From: Epiperipatus broadwayi
Lineage: Eukaryota > Animalia > Onychophora
Direction: 5' to 3'
Assembly (NCBI GenBank): GCA_028023455.1
Contig: JAQFVV010000007.1
Location: 9,362,001-9,426,000, forward strand
DNA: 64,000 nucleotides
The notes beneath the pieces were generated by a model. It was not told the DNA's origin. It saw only the letters and a program-made list of their open reading frames with translations, and searched no databases. Each line of letters begins with the position of its first letter. The stretch's first letter is position 1. The translations under genes were made by a program, and so were the position numbers. This document shows, piece by piece, positions 37,508 to 48,769 of this stretch.

Positions 37508-37610
37508 TTTTTTTTCTCATGTGTCATAGCATCGGCCGGGAAGCGAACCCGCTAACCCGGGACAACTGCTTTTAAGGCAGCTGTGCTGACCTCTCCACCA
37601 AATACCGATA
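37508..37610 (-). mobile_element. tRNA-Gly-derived SINE (family G)
   Basis: Minus strand GGTGGAGAGGTCAGCACAGCTGCCTTAAAAGCAGTTGTCCCGGG..GGGTTCGCTTCCCGGCCGATGCTATGACACATG with an A-rich tail. Confidence 0.75.
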
Positions 37611-38349
37611 ATCTTCATTTTGAAATCGGCTATTTAAAGACTATTTATCCCCATATCTATAAGTGTGTTTGTATATTCATATATTTAATAATAACACTGT
37701 CAAATATAATTAATAATCACGAAGAGATTAAATCTTCCATAACAGCAGTGTAGAAACTTTGCCACGCTATTATTATAAAAGATTTTATCATATGTTCTGG
37801 TAGTTATTTTTAAATTTATGACTGCAAATTATTATTTGTTTACATTTAATAAATGATTTGGTCCTTAAAACAAGTTATTAAAAATAAATGCTATGTCGAG
37901 AGATAATTAAAATTACATTATTATTGTGAATATTTGAAATACAATTAATTTCATTTTGCACAAGTTGTTGAGGCTGAATTTGTTTTTATGTAGTGGCTAA
38001 CAGAAGAGTGGTCCTTCTTTTTTTTTTTTTTGGTTAAAAGTAACGGTTTGGTTATTAACATTTGTGTGGCTTTATCATGCTGCTCTTACAGAAGATTTTT
38101 ATCATACAATCTGGTGGTTATTTTTAAATATAATATGCAAATATTAAACCAAATGAAACGAACACGGATTACAATAGCAGTGTAGATCTGGATTATATCA
38201 TTAAGTAATTATAAACAAAATGTTAGCAGCAAAGCTATGGCTTATATATTGTTTTTATTGATTCAGTCAAATCATTCGATTCATTTTATCTTTAAAAAAA
38301 GTTATGACAGTATAACTCGTTGTACACTGAAATTAATTCATATTTTGAG

Positions 38350-39490
38350 TGTCAATGAAATGATAAGAGAAACTGTTTTCACCTGGTGAAAATCGGGTAT
38401 TTGAAATGAACCTGGTATTGAACAAGAATATGTGCTAATCCAACAATGCCATTTTTGGATAGTTATCTTTAGAAGAGTTTATAAATAGCTTTAATGGCTT
38501 TGTAATATGGCATCATGTTGCAAAATAGATTTGATTGTGGGAGTCTTTAATTTAAACTCATTTCTTGGCTTCTAAGTTTAAAGTGTGCTGATAATTATGC
38601 ATTACTGCCCATTCATAGGAAGATCAACTGAAATCCTCTTGGGCTTTTGAATGTAGTGTATAAAAACCTGGTTAAGTAAATATATTTACATACTATGCCA
38701 TTCTAATAAATTTAATTGTGAGACAGTGAAGGAGTCTCTTCATCATAACATGAATGCATCAGAGAAACTATTTTGAAAATGCTTTCTGGGATTCTGAAGA
38801 TACATGGTCAGATCATAAGATTAATTAGTATGTTTGGCAATTTTTAACTTGAGCTTAAGAATCTGAAATAATTTAATTATCTTGGTATCTTTTTAGATGG
38901 AAAAGAAGACTTGGATGTTGAGATTCATAGACTCCCATGTGCTGCTACTGCAGTTAACAAGTTGAAACATAAAATATATGATCATGTTTTATATTACTTT
39001 AGCTAAAATAATTGTAAGCCTATTATTCTAACAAACATATTATATAGAAGTGAACATGCATCCCTATCAAAGCAATGCAACGTCAGCACTGAAAAAATTC
39101 ATTTAAGAGTATTCCATAAAAGTCCAAAACTAGATAAGACAATCAAAGATCGTAATGACACGTCTTCACTTGATTGAGCATATGCAAGTGAGGAGTAACA
39201 GACACTCTAGTTATGCATTTCATGATCTTGCATATGATTTTTATAGTAGAGGCAGACTTTATTTACATTATTAAAGTTCACCTTATAGATGCCCTAAAGA
39301 TGCTAAAAAAAATAGAGTACATTGAGAAAGCTAAAAAAAACCATGGTGTTGAAATCTTTCAAAAAACATTTGCTGCATACAAAAATTAAATGACAACATT
39401 ATAACAAATAAGCAAACTAAAAGACAAAATGGAATGCATGTGAACATGTATATGACTGCAGAAAAACATTACAGGATCTGTCTGTACATT
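38350..39490 (+). mobile_element. Decayed RTE (BovB-like) LINE, RT and C-terminal region
   Basis: FNYLGIFLDGKEDLDVEIHR..A..AVNKLK near 38870-38970, CADNYALL (FADD-like) near 38590 and a terminal Cys/His-like motif near 39430-39490. Many stops. Confidence 0.6.
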
Positions 39491-39829
39491 AATTTTAAGT
39501 AGAAAATCTGATTCTGTCTATACATTAATTTTAAATAGAAAATCTGTTTCACCTGCTCCAGCTCTGCCACCTAGTGTGAACTAGAGTAATCAATAGATGC
39601 CATATGGGAGTGCTTAATAAAGCATAATCCAGTGCTATTGTGTTAATATTCTCAGCTGTTTTTAGCTTGTGGCTTTTGTCAGTTATTTTTAGAATTTGTT
39701 TGCATATTTCCACCAACAATAGTAAGTTACACACTAGATGGCAGAATTGATTGGAAGGAATAGTTTCTACATGTGTATGATTCATAGAATGGTTTCAATA
39801 GTCATGTCAAATGACTTCATCTTTTATTT

Positions 39830-40290
39830 TATTTTCAAGTTAATGAGTCTATTTCTCATATTCCACCAGTCAATCAAGCAATAATAGTCTGTATTATGAA
39901 CAGATCCAGAAAGCAATCTGTTTATTGTCCAGATATTCAACGTCTTTACCGCCTCATATTCTCCAACAAAATCACTCTTCTCTTTCCTTTTTCTTTGTTT
40001 CCATTCACCAATCCTTTCTACCCCACCCCCAAAGAACCTATCCCTCATTAAACTAATCTTTTTGTTAGAATATGTTCTAACCCAGTTTCTATCTCCAATT
40101 TCCTAAATCAATCTTTTTTCATTTATTTTGTGTAAAACTTTCTCATTTGTCATTCTATTTATTTAACTAATTTTCTCCATTCTTCTCCATGATCACATCT
40201 CAAAGATCTTTAATTCATTCCTATTTTTTTTGCTCATAGCCTATATTTTACAACCATACAATAATATATTCCTCACATAATACTATATAA
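39830..40290 (-). mobile_element. Decayed RTE-type LINE 3' fragment
   Basis: Minus frame LKIFEM.SWRRMEKIS.INRMTNEK, typical of the RTE FEMWCWRRM..ISW..R.TN motif. Confidence 0.65.
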
Positions 40291-40789
40291 TGATAATTTT
40301 AAAAAATGTAACTAAAGAAATTATAGAATTTATATATATTAATGGACAGTTGCCATAATTTGTCTGGGGATTTGCATCTTTCAGAAAATAAAGCAATATG
40401 GTTTTTAATCTATCAATAACTCTTGGTGGTACCTTTCTTTCAGCTCTGCACTATTATTTTTCTGGATTCCAAAGTCTTTATGATTTATTAATAGAAAATT
40501 TACTATTACATAGTGATATATTGGCAATCATGTTACTTTATCAAACAGAAAGAATGACCTGATCATCTTCAAACCTCCTGTATCAAACTAAGTATTTCAA
40601 CTTGTTAGCACACAAACTATTGATAAGCAGTGTTCAATTTTATAGGGAAAAAATGAAAACAGTGAAATTTATGTGAACCAACCATAGTCATAAATTAGTG
40701 CTTGCTGCAAGGGAATGAAGGAATTGTAAATAAAAAATGCAAAATCAAAGCAAATTAAATTTATGCATATATTAAAACACATCTGATAA

Positions 40790-41127
40790 CACAGAGGCAA
40801 AACTTTCAACACAGTAGCACCACTCCATGCAAGTCAGAGTAATCTATGGATGCAGGAAGGTTTGTGCATAAAATCCTTATCTAGTGCCTACTCATCCAAT
40901 ATTCCCAAACTAGTTTTTAGCTTGTGGATTTTATCAGGGAGGAGCCTTGGATCTTGGGTCTGGAGATATTGAACGAGTAGGCACTAGATATGGATTTTAT
41001 GCACAAACCTTTCTGCATCCATTGATTACTCTGGTTTGCATAGAGTAGCACTACTGTATGGAAAGTTGCCTCTGTGAAAACAGCTTGTGTATGCATAAAG
41101 AAAGGTGATTATGTGATTTTTGATGGT
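40790..41127. mobile_element. HHR family A tail-out inverted insertion, imperfect 12-bp TSD
   Basis: Arms ~40790-40920 and ~40957-41076 are complementary. Decayed minus core CTGATAA at 40931-40937. CACATCTGATAA (40778-40789) versus CATATCTGACAA (41128-41139). Confidence 0.85.
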
Positions 41128-41502
41128 CATATCTGACAATACCGGCATTTAAGAAATGTGGTACAATATGAGAGCCATGATATTGTGAGCCTAAGATTTT
41201 AAAATGTTACTTTGGAAATATCATGACTACTAAACAATATCTATTAATCGCATTGGCTTGTCCACATATACAATATTAATAGCAAAATTCTTTTTAAGCA
41301 TAGTTATTCCACCTAGTGTAAGCTTTAGTAATCAATAAATGCAAGATAGTAATGTTTACCTATCTAGGGTTGTCCTATCTGCTTATAGATTTCATAAATG
41401 AAGAGCTTCTGGATCTACACTTGCATCTTTTTAATCAAATGCACCTTTCCTTTAACAGCTATTTTTTATTTCTTTGTTTCACACCAAGACACCAGTCTAA
41501 AT

Positions 41503-41580
41503 CAAAAACATATTAAAATTTTCAATCTAAGCCCACTTCTATAATCATACAGATCTGAAGCCAGTTCAGCATCTATATAT
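41503..41580 (-). mobile_element. Family A internal fragment
   Basis: AAAAACATATTAAAATTTTCAATCTAAGC..GATCTGAAGCCAGTTCAGCATC aligns with 52615-52690. Confidence 0.55.
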
Positions 41581-43564
41581 TATAGGTATATTAGTTTTAT
41601 TAATAAGTATAGGTACTTCTATTCTTTGGCCTAGATATGGTATGGAATAGCATTGGATAGGGATTATTAAGCAATACCATTTGGCTTCTATTAATTACTA
41701 AAACTTACACCAGGTGACATAACCATGATGAGAGAGAAATGATTTACTTCTGAATAGCATTGTGTAAAGTTTGGGACATGTGATATCTTAATTATTTTAT
41801 ACAACTTTAGATCATGAATAATATGATATTGAGTTAGCCCACTGATTGATCTGCATGTGACCATGCAGAGTTTATAATTGTTTTAACAGTTTGTAATTTA
41901 AACTCTTTGAGCAGTCATTCTAAGATTATTATTTTCCAACTAAATGTTACTTTAAAAACCTTGATCATAACATTTCACACATTTTCCTTGTCTTTCTAAT
42001 CATCTGATTTTAATTTTATTGAGTCTATGTGGGTCAATTTTTGAAGAGCAGGTTAGTCATCAATATTCACCATTAATCATTCTTAGAACCTGAGATTTTT
42101 AGCTTAATAAATGGGTTATTAGTTTTTTAGCCTTATGACAATATTAACATAATCCATCCCATTGAGAATGAAAATAATTTTTGTTGCAAACTGTGGCTTA
42201 CACCATATAGTTAAAGATGTGACAAATGTTTTGTTGTTTTGACTAACTTTTGGTATGTGTGCATGATTTAATAGAGTATTCACAAAATTCCCAGGTTTTT
42301 AACACTTTATATAAAAAAAATTTCTTTACAATTTAATTAGAATAAAATATGCTGAATTTGTTGTTTGTTTGTTTTTTAGAATTTAGAAATGAAATCTTTT
42401 TTATTGTATTGGATATTATTAAATAATTGAATGTTTAATTGGTGTTCATGAGATGTTCAAATACCAGAAGTGCCACAACTGACACCTTAAACCAGGAACC
42501 ACTTTTAGCCCATTATTTACTATTTTACTATTGCACTTAACCATGGAGGGTATAAGTAATCTACATTTAATTTTACCAATGATTTTTCAGCCTTTATGTG
42601 CTCTTAAGCATTATCTCTAAGCATGTGATATGAAATAAATATAAATGTGCATAAAACCAAAGATATGCAGGTAGTAGTGTGCTTTAATTTTTATGGATTG
42701 TTACTGCTTTCTGATTTGCAAGATATAGCCCATGAAGATAATGGTGATGCTAATGCTTTTTATCTACTGCAACATCTTTTCATTTCATGTATATTAATTT
42801 TTTTATTTATTTTTTTTAGTAAAAAAGCTTGGCTATTTGTTTGCCTAGAAAATAATACTGTTTACTTTCTACAGTTTTTGATAGGATCCTGCTTTTTTTC
42901 CTGAATGGTCTGGAGTCATAAATTCAAAGCCTGCTATTTACATGGCCGTTTTACACAGAGTGTTCTGAGTTATTAATTCAATTCTTTTAAAAACTGACAT
43001 AAAAAATATCATCACACAGAGCAAATTTTACAATAAAATAATTGTTACAGACAATATTTATTTTGAAATTTATTGGTAAATTTTTATTATTTTAAATTAA
43101 ATTTCTAGGACAAACAAAAATATTGCATTGGTAATCCCTATCAATAATTATAACAAAGAAAATAACCAAGCAAGAGAAAGCAGATTAGGACAAGTTTCAA
43201 ATGAAACAAAATTTCACAAACTTCTTTGATTTTTATAAATTCACAAATAGTATTGCAGAACTAAATATATTAGGAAAAGTTATTTAGGCCAACCAATTTT
43301 TGTAGAGAAAGGTGAAGAAAATGAATCACTGTTAATTAAATCAAATAAACTATATTATTTGCTTCCATAAAAGCTGATTAAAATTTACAGTGGAGCTTTA
43401 AAATTGCAACATTAAGATAAATTGGAATGAGAAGATGGCAAATTAAGAGAGGTGAAGATGATCAAGTATCATCACATGGTCATAGTACTCCAACATTAGA
43501 ATTGATGACCTGAACCAACTTGTGATTGCTGATTTTGTATAAAATTTGGACTTTGGGGTTCATA

Positions 43565-43640
43565 TGTTTTGCACTGCATGGTTTGGTGCAGTGGTAGAAG
43601 ATCAAACATTGGAGCTTATAGTCCTCAAATCAATTCCAGT
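43565..43640 (+). mobile_element. SINE family F head
   Basis: GCATGGTTTGGTGCAGTGGTAGAAG (A-box-like) matches 18980. This explains the overlapping short ORFs. Confidence 0.45.
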
Positions 43641-44580
43641 TATGGAATTGGAGCCATCCAATTGTTCTCCATTGACTATTTACTCTATCCATCTTCCAGA
43701 GACGACATATATGTACACACATTGCATTTCTCAAACATTAGCAGTACTGAATATAAATGAATTAATTTTGCCCTAATTTCTTCTGAAATGTTCAGTTATA
43801 AGAAAGCAATGAAAACAACCTCAAACATATGGCCGAAACCAATACTATTATTGTTTTATTAACTCTGGTTTTGCATTATTTAATAAGTGATATTCTAGAT
43901 ATTTGAACTTTTGCCAAAAATAAACAAAAGAAAGATTTAAATTTGTATAAAGTTTTGATAGAAAAATATATTTTTTTATCAATTTTAAGTTAAGATGAAA
44001 TTTGATAATTTTAATATTGTCTTTGGGGTATTGATTAAATGTATTTATTACTACTATAAATGAATACGATCTTGAAAACAATTTTATTACTTCAAAACTA
44101 CAGCTTGTATTTTATTAGGTAAATTGGTATTTTTATTACTTTTGGGATAAAAATGAATAATTTATATAAAAAATTGTTTGGAAAAATATCAGTAATATAT
44201 ACTATGGCTATTCTATCTCCAAAAGAAAATATAAAAAACAAAACATTATCACCACCATTTTGCGATGATTGTACAAATGTAAAGATGTTCAAGTCGTCCA
44301 TTATTTGATTCATTTGATATCTTGCGATGCTGTTTTTTTTCCTTCTTTCAAAAAACCTTTGTGTGTGTGTGTGTGTGTGATAAATTAAGTGATAATTAAA
44401 GAGTATATTTGAGCTAGAGATAATCTCTAGTTTAATAAATGATCAATAATAATCATTAATATAATTCTATAAAGTGGTTTGTGGCAAAACTGTGCCTTCA
44501 AAAAATTTGACACTTGTTATCAAACTGTAGTAAATTATTATCTATAATAACCTAAACAAATGATAAAAATGTGTGTACCA

Positions 44581-44680
44581 GATTGTGATATAGGCCAACT
44601 GATGAGTGTTAATTCAGCATGAAATACATATTTTGGAGATCACTTGTGTTTTTCACATGTGTTGGTCATATGTTTCAGAA
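44581..44680 (+). ncRNA. Subfamily B' copy with a complete type I hammerhead core
   Basis: CCAA-CTGATGA(44599-44605)-GTGTT AATTC AGCAT-GAA-ATA CA TAT-T-TTGG. Stems I, II and III can all form, and the triplet is AUU. Confidence 0.6.
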
Positions 44681-46153
44681 AATTATGATGAAATAGATAT
44701 TTGAAAATTGTACTAATATATCAAGTTAAACGAATATCTAAAAAAAAGTGTATGTGATATAAAAATGACATTATAAGTTATGTATGCCACACTCACTTGA
44801 GAAAAAAAGGTTATGAGTTTTTCAAAAATATATCCACAATGACAGAGAGGCTGTTTTGACTTTTGGGCTGATGGCTATGCTTGTGATATGACTGAGCTAA
44901 GATGAAAGATGCATTGAAATAAGAATAAAATTTGAATATATAAATGTATACATTCACTGTTATGTGACAATGTAATATAAACTGAATGTTTTTAAATGAA
45001 GTTGGAAGTTTCTTTACATAGTCTGTATATCCAGAAAACCTGATAGACAGGTTAAACCCTTCCTACTTTACACATCTTATTGTCTAATTATTTTACAAAA
45101 TCTGGTTTATTTTTTTTTTCCTATTCACTTTAATAAAAGATGCTATCTTAATTCCATTATACTATCTTTACATTTGCCAATTTCATTATAAAGACCTAAA
45201 TGAAACTCTATCTCTTTCAGTTTCTCTGCCTTTAAATTTTTACAAACTTCTCATGAAATTTGTCCCCATCCTTTTGCACCATCTTATGATCCAAAATTTT
45301 ATTAAGTACTTCAAAGCATTCCTGATGGCTTAATAATATAATGCTGCCTATATGATTGGGTACACAGACTGAGAGATTTGTGAGCTAAAGATTCTTGATG
45401 AAAGATTAGTCACTTCTGGTGTTTGGATATCACATCCCTTTTGAAGTATTTACCAATCATTTGATTATTTTTTAATAAGGAGTTCACTCTGAATCATCAT
45501 GCTCTTTATCACCTCATTACATCAACCAGAAAAACCTTATTTCCTATCGTATGTGACCTGTTTTATTCCTTCTTTTCTCCTATTTCTCCATTATTATTAT
45601 CTTTTTATGAATGCATCAACTTTATAATGCCTTTTCGCACTCACAAAATATTGAGGGCACGTAAGGTTTCAATCAAAAAAGGATATCAAAGACATCAACT
45701 TTCATTTTTTTGTTCAGTCTATTCACCACTATCCTACATCATAACTTTAAAGATCAAGATTTTTTTATACTGTTTCTGAACATTAAAAGTCCGTAATGAT
45801 GGGAATTATGTTATTTTTATTCCTGGTAATTTTATTTTTTAGATATAATAAATTGTTTACCAAATATCTTTGAAAACCTATTCTGGGGTTGGCTTTCTTT
45901 TTAACTAGTAAGATTCCATAGGTGATGTTCATTAGATGAACAATTGCAATTTACTTTTTGGTGAAGGTAAATCTTTAATGATTTTGGGTAGTTAAAGTGT
46001 TTTACATAATTCATATTTTTTGGCAGATCTTTTTATACCAAAGAATTAACAGTATTATTTATTTTAATCTTAGATTTTAAATTAATTTTTTTGAAAGTTG
46101 TATTTTTTTTTTTTTTCAAAGCAACACCATCCACATTCACATTACAAAGTCAG

Positions 46154-46634
46154 AATATTTGAAATACAGGTACCCTTCACATATATGGAGCATATAGGGA
46201 TTTGAACTCAGACTTTCAATCACCCTTCAACTATCCATACTATCTCACACCACTAATACACATGACCCCATACATATAGAAAAGATAAATAATCACCAAT
46301 AAACGTAATTCATGCTAAACCAGCACTCATTAGTTGTTCCAGATTATCATCTCCCCCACATATATATAACCAGTCCTCAGTTAATATTAAGATAGAAAAT
46401 CTTCATACTTTAATAGACAGACTTCAATCTACTCCAACTCTGAGCATTGATTATATATAAGTGTGGGAGATAATAATCTGGACCAACTAATGAGTGCTGG
46501 TTTAGCATAAAATACATATATTGGTGATTATTTATCTTTTCTACATGTATGTGGTCATGTGTATTAGTGGTATGAGATAGTATGGATAGTTGAAGGGTGC
46601 TTGAAAGTCTGAGTTCAAATCCCCTATATTTACA
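46154..46634. mobile_element. HHR family B tail-out inverted insertion, 13-bp TSD
   Basis: Minus arm ~46154-46435 and plus arm ~46440-46634. Cores CTAATGA at 46327-46333 (minus) and 46487-46493 (plus). ATTACAAAGTCAG at 46141-46153 and 46635-46647. Confidence 0.9.
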
Positions 46635-47415
46635 ATTACAAAGTCAGTTAATTCTTATACCTTAAAAAGTTGCAATAGATAATTTTGAATTAAAGAAGTT
46701 GAAATAAATTGTTGCTCCTAATGCAAATAATAAAGTTAATATTAATTATTTGGAATCTTTATGTTTTTAAGTTTTTTTTTTATTAATATTACGATTTAAC
46801 AAATATCTTCAATATCACAGGGATATAGAAGTGTCTTTGTCTCTACTTTCACGTATGTTTGCATCGAAACACCAACTAATTTTTCAAGATCCAATATGCT
46901 ATCACTATGGCAACAGCAGAATCAATACTGATTTAGCCCAATTAGCTCTCATATTTGACAGTCAATTCATTTTCTATAATTTATAGACCTCATTGATAGT
47001 TTAAAGTAAAATAATAGTTTTAAAATTTTTCACTTGACTAGATAAAAAAAAGGCAAGCCTTATTCTCTGGATGTCCGATGTTCAATCTTAGTAATCATAA
47101 TGTTATTTTTACTTTAATATTAATAATATAAATATTTAGTTTTGTACTTATTGAAACTTTTTCCCCAAATAAATATTTTTATTTTTGCAGATGTTATAAA
47201 TTTCTGTCAATAATAGATTATGAATTCTGTTGGCATCAAAAAAGTATTTCACGCAACAATAAAGGTGAAATACAATTGTTCAAATCACTGCTGTGCAGTT
47301 TATTATCAGATTAAAATAAAGATAAACATTCAGACAAATTAAATATTTAATATTTATATTACACCGATTATTTTACATCACACTTTTCTAAAACCATTTA
47401 CACAAATATGAGTAA

Positions 47416-47728
47416 AATAGGCAAAACTCCCCATACAGTAGTGCCACTCAGTGCAAGCCAGAGTAATCAATGGATGCAAGAATGTCTCTGAAAAATGCCT
47501 ATCTAGTGCCTACTCACTCAATATCCCCAGACTAGTTTCTAACTTGTGGCTTTTATCAATGAGGAGCCTTGGATCTGAGAGCACCATAGATAGGGATTTT
47601 ATGCATAATCCTTCTTGCATCCATTAATTATTCTGGCTTGCATTAAGTGGCACTACTGTATGAGAATTTTTTCTGTTTTAACAGCTTGAGCAAGCATAAG
47701 AAATGGTGATCATGTGATGTCTAGTGGT
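47416..47728. mobile_element. HHR family A tail-out inverted insertion, 14-bp TSD
   Basis: ACAAATATGAGTAA at 47402-47415 and 47729-47742. Decayed minus core TTGATAA at 47553-47559. Confidence 0.9.
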
Positions 47729-48273
47729 ACAAATATGAGTAATTAATAAATATCAGATCATAATATCAATGCATTTTCATATTACTTTCACCTCTTGATT
47801 TTCGTCAATTAGGTCACTGACTGCACAGATTCACTTCCTTGGTCTAATTAATTTTATATTATTTCATCTATTATATAATAATTAAATGGAATAATTTTTC
47901 TGTCCTTATCTAATACACTTCATAAAAATTACATACAGTCATTTCTAGTTGTTAAATCAATCGAAAGAAGATTGCGAAAAGTAGAAGAGAACAAGATCGT
48001 AAATTATTTTTTAAAAATAGCATATAAAAAAATTATATTAATAATTTGTAAATAAATTTGAAATATCTCATCTCCATGCATTATGCCTAACATATTTTTC
48101 ACTGCAGCTGCTATTTTGCATTAAAAATGATTACATTGCTCCCCAATATAAATGCATTTCGGGAATAGCTTCTCTCCTTAGCTGCCTTGGAGTACTACCA
48201 ATGATACCTAACAATATGACAGCCATTTGATTTATTTTTAATACTGTAATGGCAACCAATTTGGTTGGCAATA

Positions 48274-48333
48274 CTCCTTGGTAGATAATAAAAGAAGTTA
48301 TTCCTCCTTGGTAGATAATAAAAGAAGTTATTC
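48274..48333. repeat. Perfect 30-bp tandem duplication
   Basis: CTCCTTGGTAGATAATAAAAGAAGTTATTC x2. Confidence 0.9.
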
Positions 48334-48769
48334 CTAAAATGCATATATACTACAGAGCAATATGCCAATCTTTTTATGTAGTATGGCAAGACAGATTAAA
48401 AATTATATCAAGCACAAATATTAGCACTGACATCTCTTCACATTTATTTACATGTGATTTAAAGTGCTTTAACATATTTGTTAAAAAAAATACAAATATA
48501 GGAAACATATTACATAAAATATAAATAACTGTATGAATATTTACAAAATTTCAATAAATTTATTTAATGACAGTTCAATTAAAAATGAATCGAAAATTAT
48601 ATAAGTTAATATATATAAAGTTGTATAATGTATTATTTATTAACAATTCTTTGAAATTATATTGGATCTCTATATGAAGGTTTTATTATATTTCCCTGAT
48701 GTTTTATTTTTTTTATTGTTGTAATTTTGCTTCCATTATAAAACACTAAATGGTGTTTTATATGCAATA

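Noticed and set aside
38897-38990. Plus-strand exon after a TTTTAG acceptor
   Set aside because: The frame continues upstream as FNYLG and matches an RTE LINE.
43546-43776. Overlapping short ORFs as a host exon
   Set aside because: They run through a SINE F head and have no recognisable protein motif or good splice signals.
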